From contig OZ251230.1 of NCBI GenBank assembly GCA_965240325.2, positions 1,240,001 to 1,304,000 on the forward strand: a stretch of 64,000 nt of DNA, written 5' to 3'. A program made the position numbers and the translations under genes. The stretch comes from Rebecca billardiae RCC1528 (lineage: Eukaryota > Protista > Haptophyta). How positions within the stretch are numbered: position 1 is the first letter of the stretch; every line of letters begins with the position of its first letter. Shown in pieces: positions 55,903-64,000 of the stretch. A model generated the notes under the pieces. It was not told the DNA's origin. It was given only the letters and a program-made list of their open reading frames with translations, and ran no database searches.

Positions 55903-57688
55903 GCGCAGGCGGACGAGATGCTCGATATGGGCTTCGCCGACGACGTCGCGGCGATCCTCGACGCCGGCCCTCCCGCGGGCGAGCGCCAGATGCTCCTCTT
56001 CTCCGCCACCACGCCGCCCTTCATTCAGAAGCTCGTGCGCGTGCACATGCGCAACGAGCTGCAGCTGGACGCGGTCGGCACCGACAGCGGGCCCAAGACG
56101 GCGACGACGGTGGAGCACGTGGCGGTGCTCGCGCCCGAGCGGAACGAGCACCGGCCGGCCGTGCTCCGCGACGTGCTCACCGTCCACGGCCGCGGCGCCA
56201 AGCGCGTCATCGTCTTCACCGAGACGAAGCGCGACTGCGACGAGCTGGTCACCGGCCGCCAGCTCGGCACGCTCTCGGCGGCGGCGCTGCACGGCGACGT
56301 GCAGCAGCAGCAGCGCGAGACGACGATGCGCAACTTCCGCGAGGGCAAGTTCACGGTGCTCGTCGCGACGGACGTCGCCGCGCGCGGCATCGACGTCGCC
56401 GGCGTCGACCTCGTCATCAGCTACCACGTGCCGATGGCGACGGAGTCGTACGTGCACCGGTCGGGCCGCACCGGCCGCGCGGGCAACCTGGGCAAGTCGA
56501 TCATCCTGTACAACGAGGGGCGGTGGGGCATGCTGGCGAAGATCGAGCGCGAGTGCCAGTTCAAGTTCAAGCGCGTCGGCCCGCCCTCGCCCGAGGCGGT
56601 CATCGCCGCCGCCGCGCACAACCTTCCCTCGCTCATCTCGGCAGTGGACGCGGACGTGCTGCCGCACTTCGCGCCCGCCGCGCGCCAGATCCTGGAGGAG
56701 GCCAAGGCGGACGAGGGCGCGCTCGAGGAGCGGTGCGCGCCGCGCGCGCGCGCGCGTTGCGCGGGGAAGGGCGAGGGTGGTGTGGGCGCACGCGGGAGAC
56801 CTCGGCGCGCGCCGCCGCGCTCGGCCCGCCGGTCCGCGGCGCTCGGACGCTCACCGCGCACCGTTGCGACGCCCACCCGCGCCGCGCCCTCGCCCGCCGC
56901 GCAGGCTCGCCGCGGCGCTTGCATGCGTCGCAGGGATCACCGCCTTCGAGCCGCGCTCGATCCTCACGGGCCGGCCGCACATGCGCACGATGCAGGTGCG
57001 CGTCTCGACGGAGGGCCCCAGGCTGACCGTCGGCGGTGTGATCGGCTCTGTCAAGCGCGTCGCCGGGCCGGTCGTCGCCGAGTCGGTCGGCAAGGTGCGG
57101 CTGTGCGAAGACGCGCACTCGGCCGTGTTCGACATGCCGAGCCAGGTCGCGGCCGAGCTGCTCGAGCGCGTGCAGGCGCTGGCTGGCGGCGCCGAGGAGC
57201 TCGAGGTGGAGGAGGAGGTCTTTGCCGGCGCGGACGACGACGAGCGCGCGCCCGCGCGCCGCGACTTTGGCCGCGACGGCCCGATGCCCGAGATCAGCGC
57301 CTGCACCGAGCTGCCCGTGCTGAGCACGCGCGGCTTTGGCGATCGCGACAATAAGTTTGGAGGCGGCGGCGGCGGCGGCGGCCGCTTCCGCCGTGGTGGC
57401 GGCGGCGGCGGCTACGGCGGCGGCGGCGGCGGCGGGTGGGGCGGCGACCGGCGCCGCAGCTACAGCGCTGGCGGCGGCGGCGGCGGCGGCCGCTCGTACG
57501 GCTCGGACCGTCGCCCGCGCGGCGGCGGCGAGGGTGACGGTCGCGCCCGCTCGTACGGCGGCGGTGGCGGTGGCGGCGGCCGCTCGTACGGCGGCGGCGG
57601 CGGCCGCTCGTACGGCGGCGGTGGGGGCCGCTCCTATGGCGGCGGCGGCGGTGGGGGCGGCGGCCGTGGCTGGGAGTCCTCGGGCGGG

Positions 57689-57744
<56 letters not shown>

Positions 57745-57772
57745 CGGCGGCGGCGGCCGTGGCTGGGAGTAA
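54935..57772 (+). CDS. DEAD-box RNA helicase of the DDX21/RH3 type (GUCT-like domain, RGG tail), plastid-type presequence; introns 55289-55399, 55787-55908, 56733-56904
   Basis: Q-motif TPIQ, SRTGTGKT, PTRELA, GG, TPGR, LDE|ADEML, SAT, LHGD, TDVAARGID and YVHRSGRTGRAG. Gly/Arg/Tyr-rich tail. Signal peptide MRLGAVLALALVPAAVG|F. Confidence 0.93.
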
Positions 57773-58373
57773 GGTGGGCGCACGCACCCCCTCAACAACG
57801 CCACGGCGGAGGGCCGCTCTGCGCGCCATCGCATCGCGCGCGGCGGCTCTCACTCGCCCCCTCGAGATCTGTCCTCCTCAGTCCGTCCTGCACCCTCGGC
57901 GCGTGCCGCCCGAGCTGTCGTCGTGGTGCGCCCTTGCGTATGTTCTGTCTTTGGTTCTTCCTGCATCCCGGCACACAACGTGTTGACCCTGCCTGTGGCG
58001 TGGCCGTTGCGGATCGCGCACCGCTGCGCTGCCGTGTGGACGTGATACGCGCGGCACGCGCATGATGGAGCCTTGTGCTGTGCGCAGCCGGGCAGCTCCA
58101 TGCGTGCATGGCCAATCGAGCGCGCTTGATTTCAGGCAATATGCCCGTCCGCATCCTGCCTCCTGGCTGGTATCGTGGCGCGGCCCGGCCGTCCGTGCGG
58201 TGCTGAGTGACCGTGCAGGCTGCAGCAGCCGGCCGTGGCCACGGCCGGACGACAGCCCGTGGTGCCAGCTGACAGTTGCGGAGGCGGATGCTGCCGGCGC
58301 AGCCACTCGCACGGTGGGCTGATCACGCTCCGCCTGAGCGCTGCGGCGGTGCGCGCATTCGATGTACATCATC

Positions 58374-58375
<2 letters not shown>

Positions 58376-58419
<44 letters not shown>
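58376..58419. repeat. (TA)n microsatellite
   Basis: Directly visible. Confidence 0.95.
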
Positions 58420-58422
<3 letters not shown>

Positions 58423-60438
58423 TGACGCTTGCTGACCGTTATGGGCGTTGGCCATCCGGCACTCCGCACTCATGACTCAGCTCCGTCCCGGAAATTCTAT
58501 ATATACACGGTAACCGGGCCCGCGGACGTAACTATGCTGATGAGTAGACTATGCGCTCAGTCTATCAGTATTACTAGCCCGAGACTCACGACTCGTCACC
58601 TGACCGAGTGACCGGCGCTCACGGCTGCAGTCACGACAGGCCACAGGGGGCGGGTCAAGACTCAAGTGGTCAACCGTCAGTAGCCCGAGCAGAGTCGCTG
58701 AGATGCGGACGACCACTCCGTCACTGTCGTCTATGTGAGTGACAGTGTCACTGCTAAGGCACAGACTCAGAGACACAGTACGCCGCCGCCGGCTGTACGG
58801 CGCAGCTTCCAGCTACTAAGTACTATCATGTATACGACCAGTCACGGTGCCTGTCGGTGCCGCGGTGCGACTGCGGCAGTTATTTCAGACGACAATCCGC
58901 ATCATCATGTGATGAATCCACGGTCGCCCTCTTGGCGCCACAGGACCAGGGCGTCCAAGTGGCGTCCGACTACAGGTCACAGGCCGTCGCCGTGGGTGTC
59001 GGGTGTCCGGTGTGAGTGCCGTGACTACTGACTGCGACCGCGTCCGCGTGAATCGCGTCACGACCCACTGACCGCTGCTCATTGTCATTGACTACGATGA
59101 TTGACATTGATGCGTAGTAGTATTCACTAGTATAGTCGTCGTCGTCATTTTAAAATCATCAGTCGTGCTGCCAATTATCACGACTGACGAACGAAGTAAG
59201 CACGGCCACGAGTCACAACCATGTGGCAGTCACTACACCGCGCAGACTCACACGGACAGTCGTAGTCGAGTATTCTGCACGCTGATCCGAGAGCCCGCCG
59301 ATAAATGACTGCACGAATATATAGTAATATACGTATATATATGCATATTCTGTGACGGGCGGTCCCGGGCTGAGCGTTCCGAGCTTGATGTCAAACAATG
59401 CCGCCCGTGTCGGCTCGCGTCGGTGTGGCCGAGGCCGCTGCGCCCGGCCTGCGCCCACAAATGAGTAGTAGGTGAAGGGACGTATTCTCAGCAGCGACTG
59501 CAGCAAGTATGTTTCCCGAGCTCTATAAACGAGTAGCTTTGGGCTGTTGGGCGTGGGTCGCTCAGCCTGCAGCCGAGTTGGGCGCTGTGATGTGGATTGC
59601 GGCGCTGCCACATGCTACGCCATGGCCCAACATGAAGTGGTGGCCACCTCCCACGGCTGCAGGTCGTTTGGCGCCTCGGACGGCATCAAGCTCGCGACTA
59701 GATGTGAGAGAGTTCGAGTGGTGCAGATGTGGCAGCGCAGCTGCGCCGTCCACGTAACCCTCTGGCCGTCGCGGCGCCTTGTCGCGATGCATGGACGCAA
59801 GGATCCAAACTGCCTCCGCCGCACGGCGAGCGGTCTGCTCAAACTCGTCGTCGACGGCGCTCTTGCGCGCAGCGATATTGACGCGGGGGTGGTGGTGCAC
59901 AAAGGATGGTGAGTCGGCCGTGGTGGGGTACAGGTTCTCCTTCTCGCGCATCGCCAGCCGCGTGCGGAGGAAGACGGCGCGTGTCGGGTGGACTGCAAAG
60001 GTCCAGGCCAAGATGCAACGCCGAAAGGCCGACCGGGACGGTCCGAGTCGGAAAGTGGACCCAACGACCGGCCGCGCTTTGATCTCCAGATCACCGGCCA
60101 GGCGCCAATGACGCGGAGCTTTCTCGCTTTTCTCTCGTTGGCGTTCAAGTTCCTGGTCTTCTCACATAGCGATCGGAACCGTGCTTGGAATTGTGCACTC
60201 TCAAACGCATCAAGCAGTCATCGATTTTGAGTGCGGTGACTGCCGGTGAGCGATGATATTGATTGATGATTGCGCGCAAGCCGTGGAGCCTTGGTGGCCC
60301 CTCCTCGGCTGCCCAGAGCAAGCGGACACGGAGGTCATGATGAACAGATTCCACCCGGCTCTGTCTTTTCATCATTCCTTTGATTCCGCGGCCACCGGCC
60401 ATTTCGGCTGAAACTGCCATCAAGCCGCACGCGGCGTC

Positions 60439-62906
60439 ATGCCCGGCCCCGGCCGCGCGCCGCACCCGCCGCCGTGGTGCCTGCGCCCCGACAATGTGTC
60501 CCGCGTCGGCGGCGGGTACGACTCGGACATTGTCATGCTCTTCACCACGCGGCTCGAGACCGCCGAGAAGGCCGTCGAGGAGCTCAAGCGCGACCGTGAG
60601 CACCTGCTGACCAAGCTGCAGCACAAGGAGACACTGGTGATCGCTGCGCGCAAGGAGGCCGAGCGGCAGCGGCGGCAGAACGAGGGGGCTGAGGCGGACA
60701 CTAAGGAGAAGGTGGCAGCATGGCTCAGGTGCGTGCTCGTGGGCGTCCCCCTGCACGCGAGCCCGCTGACGTGCCACGCGCTGACACGCGCATGTGCGCG
60801 CGCGCCGTCTGCGCGCGCGCCTGCTGTCTCCGCGCGCGCAGCGTGCGCAAGCAGCTCGACCAGAAGATCCTAACTGGGCAGCAGGAGCGCGAGGCGCTGC
60901 GCGCAGACCTGGCCAGCGCCTCGACCCACCTCGTCGACGAGAAGCTGAAGACCGCCGCCGTCGAGCGTCGGCTCGCCGAGCGTGAGTCTGAGGTGGCGCG
61001 GCTGCATGCAGAGCTGCAGAGCGCGGGCAGCACGCACCTCAGCACGCACGACGAGCTGTTCGCGCACAAGGCGCGCGCGTCGGAGCTCGAAAGCGCGAGG
61101 CGTGGGCTCGAGCTGAGCCTCGAGTCCGAGCGCAGACGCGCCGCCGCCGAGAAGGCCGAGCTCGAGCGGCGCGTGGCCGAGCTGGAGGCGCAGCTCACGA
61201 CGCACTCGGGCGCGGCGATCAGCGCGCAGGTGGCGCTGGCGCGCACGGCGCAGCAGCGGCAGGGCGGCGCGAGCGAGGCGAACACGGCGCACGTCGAGGC
61301 GCTCGAGGCGGCGCGGCGCGCGCGCGCCGAGCTGGAGGTCGAGCTCACCCGCGTGCGCGCCGACGTCGCCGACTTGCGCGCCGAGCGCGATGCGGCCAGC
61401 GCTGAGGTGGCGCGCGTGCGCGCCCTGCTGCGCGACGCGGCGCGCACCGAGCGCGAGGCGCGGCTGGAGAAGGAGGATGCGGTGGCGGCGGAGCGCGGCC
61501 GGGCGGAGGCAGCCGAGCGGCGCGCAAAGCGCGCGAGCGACGAGCTCGCCGCGGCGCGCCGTCGCGAGGCCTCCCTGCGCGAGGCGGCGGCGACCGAGCT
61601 GACGGCCGCGGCCCGTGCCGCCCCCGGCGCGCTGGGCGGCGCAAGGCTGGGTGCGGCGGCGACGGAGGGCGACGCGAGCCGAGAGCGGCGGCGCGCTGGA
61701 GCGGAGACGCTCGAGCAGGTGCGCGCGGAGATGGTGCGCGAGCGCAGGCAGCACGCTAGGGCGCTCGAGGAGGCGGAGCTCCAGCTCGAGCGCGAGCGCT
61801 CCGAACGGCACACCCTCTCTCTCGAGGTGAGGCGGCTGCGCGCACAGCTGAGCGCTGTGCGCAGCGTGCGCGAGGAGCGAGCGCGCCTCCGCGGGGCTGG
61901 TGCGGAGGCCGTGGAGGAGGCGGGCGCGCAGCACGCTACGGAGCGAGGCGACGAGAGGGGCTCGGCCTCGCGGGCAGGCCGGGGGACGCGCGCAGTGCCC
62001 GTCTCGCGCGCAGGCGCGTCGCGCAGCGCGCGCGCCGGCGCCGGCGCCGGCGCCGATGCCGATGCCGCCCAGAGCACGGGCAGAGCCGGGAGCCGCCGCG
62101 CCGACGGTGGCGCGCGCGCCGAGCCGCAGCGGGCGCAGCGGCGAGACGAGCGCCCCGCGGCGTCCGCTGCCGCGGCTACTGCGGAGGCCCCTCTCCGCGC
62201 GGTGGCGGCCCCGGGCGCCGACGCTGTCGCGCCGTGGGGGCGCTCAGACGGCGTCACGTCCGCGTCTGACGACGGGGCCGAGGAGGTCCGCCGCGCGGCG
62301 GCTGGCGTTCGGCGGGCTGGCGCGGCGCGCAGAGCGGGCGAGGCGCGGCGCGGCGCTGACGACCCAACCACGGCCGCTGCGGACGCGGACGCGTCGGACG
62401 AGGACGGCGGCGGGCGGCTGCGACGTGCGGCGGGCGGCGGGCGGCACGCGGGCGGAGCGCGCAGGGCTGACGTGTCACGGCGCGGGGATCTGTCCCCGGC
62501 GGCCGCCGATGCTGCGGTGACCTCCCCAGGCACCGAGAGCGGCGAGGGCGACTGGCCAAGCCCGGTCCATCCCACGCGTGGGGCGCGCACGCGCGGCGCA
62601 CCGGCGGCGGGTGCATCAACTCGCGCATCGCCACCAGGCTCAACGCCACGCAGCGCTCGCCACCGCGGGCTGGAGCCCTCCTCCGCTTCGCGGCAGGTGG
62701 CGCGCGGGCTGGGTACACCTGGCTCCGTGCCGCGGCGGGCTGTTGGTGCAGGACGCCTCGAGTCGTGGCGCACGCCCACGCACTCGAGCGTGCGCCGGGC
62801 GCGGCTGCGCGAGCAGACGCCAGGCAGCCCGACGAGTGCGCGCACCATCCGCTCGCCGTGCAACACGTGCACCCCAGCCTCCCACCGAAAGCCGTGGAGG
62901 ATCTGA
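60439..62906 (+). CDS. Long coiled-coil protein with a disordered C-terminus; intron 60729-60841
   Basis: Two ORFs joined by a GT-AG intron. Extensive E/R/A/L heptads. Confidence 0.75.
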
Positions 62907-63227
62907 TGATTGCTAGCAGCATGGGTGCCCTCCGGAGCTCAAAGGAAACGCCTGAGAGCAGTGGCCGGGCGCCTCCCAGCTCCCGGGTTGTGATCATGCA
63001 TGCTGGCGTGCGGCGGATGGCCGCCTCGAGCTCCCGCATGTCGTCAAACGGCCACGGGAGTATCGCGCGTCAATTCGTCCGGAGCAAAACTGCGCACTGC
63101 ATCAAGCCGATCCGGGCGGGGGCGGCGGGCGCGGAGGACATGTCTAGAACGAATCCTGAGCACTGATGATGAGATTCGGCAGGGAAACACGCGGTCTTAA
63201 GGGCGCCTCTCCGTCTCGGCCGCGTGC

Positions 63228-64000
63228 ATGGCAGCCCGCGGCACCTCGATCGTCATCGGCTCGGCGGCGGTGGCGCAGCGGCTCGGACTCGGTTCGATAA
63301 TCGCGTCGGCTTCCTCCGCCTCGCGCGTCGTCGGCGTCTTCACCAACGATGTGCGCGAGCGCGCGCAGCCGAGCGCTGCAGGCCGAACGTCCGTGCATGA
63401 GCTGAGCGAGATGGCGCGGGTGGTGCAGGCGTTCAACGTTCGTACAGCTCTCCTGACCGACGCGACCGACGCGCAGGCCCACGCGCAGCTCGCCATCGAC
63501 GCCGGGTGCACGCGCATCGTCAACCTCACGAGCGCGCCGCTGATCGACCTGCCGCACGGCGTCGAGCACGAGACGCCGCTCGTGGCGCGGCTGATGGAGC
63601 ACGCGCAGCCGGCGCAGCCGATCCTGCCCAACGCCGTCAGCCTGAGCGCCGGGCGCCTCGAGCGCGAGTACGAGCTCGTCGGGCCGCCCATCGGCCGCGG
63701 CGGCTTTGGCGTCGTGCTCCGCGCGCGCAACCGGCTCGACGGCTGCGAGTACGCCGTCAAGCGCGTCGAGTTCCACTCGCGGCGGGACGGCGAGGGCGCG
63801 CTGCGCGAGGCGCAGGCGATGGCGAAGATCGCGCGCGCGTGCCCGCAGCACATCGTCCAGTACTACTGCAGCTGGGTCGAGGCGGCCGACGAGCACGGCG
63901 CGCGCGCGCTCAGCGAGTGGTCTTCCTCGGTCGGCAGCTCGCCCGCGTCCTCGCGCGCGCCGGCGAGCGCGTCGGGCTGCGGCTCGTCGTCGTCGTGCGC
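63228..64000 (+). CDS. Ser/Thr kinase, eIF2-alpha kinase (GCN2/HRI/PERK)-like; runs off the window end
   Basis: Manual translation gives LEREYELVGPPIGRGGFGVVLRARNRLDGCEYAVKRV...ALREAQAMAKI...HIVQYYCSWVE followed by a Ser-rich kinase insert. It is absent from the ORF track because there is no stop in the window. Confidence 0.85.
   Translation, partial: MAARGTSIVIGSAAVAQRLGLGSIIASASSASRVVGVFTNDVRERAQPSAAGRTSVHELSEMARVVQAFNVRTALLTDATDAQAHAQLAIDAGCTRIVNLTSAPLIDLPHGVEHETPLVARLMEHAQPAQPILPNAVSLSAGRLEREYELVGPPIGRGGFGVVLRARNRLDGCEYAVKRVEFHSRRDGEGALREAQAMAKIARACPQHIVQYYCSWVEAADEHGARALSEWSSSVGSSPASSRAPASASGCGSSSSC

Noticed and set aside
59562-60340. Possible spliced gene on the - strand, divergent from the coiled-coil gene
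   Set aside because: Protein-like fragments exist (e.g. FESAQFQARFRSLCEKTRNL), but no convincing start, splice model or domain could be built.

Overview
This is eukaryotic nuclear DNA, very GC-rich in genes, with short CG-rich spliceosomal introns. The gene style, including bipartite signal-plus-transit peptides, suggests a secondary-plastid alga, possibly a Pavlovales-type haptophyte (inference). About 25 protein-coding genes can be reconstructed, mostly as tight head-to-head pairs: GH1 beta-glucosidase, a RING-sirtuin fusion, Dus1, centrin, Trm5, histidine phosphatase, GT-like and sulfotransferase-domain proteins, a TPR protein, MATE, riboflavin synthase, an EF-hand protein, UBA-PUB-UBX, DJ-1/Hsp31, DUF1765, a DEAD-box helicase, a coiled-coil protein and a truncated eIF2-alpha-kinase-like gene. 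The centre of the window (about 30.6-43.5 kb) is gene-poor and transposon-rich. It holds the most notable feature, an 11-exon LRR receptor-like gene invisible in the ORF track. Each LRR is one exon, the seven internal LRR exons are symmetric phase-2 cassettes, and the intervening introns are homologous duplicates, making it a candidate exon-shuffling diversified receptor. The same region has nested non-autonomous mobile elements: a split-direct-repeat (A-B-A-B) element with an array of RNA hairpins, sitting inside an 855-bp TIR element with 4-bp TSDs that has a second, diverged copy at 14.9 kb. Exon coordinates were read by eye and no database searches were run.
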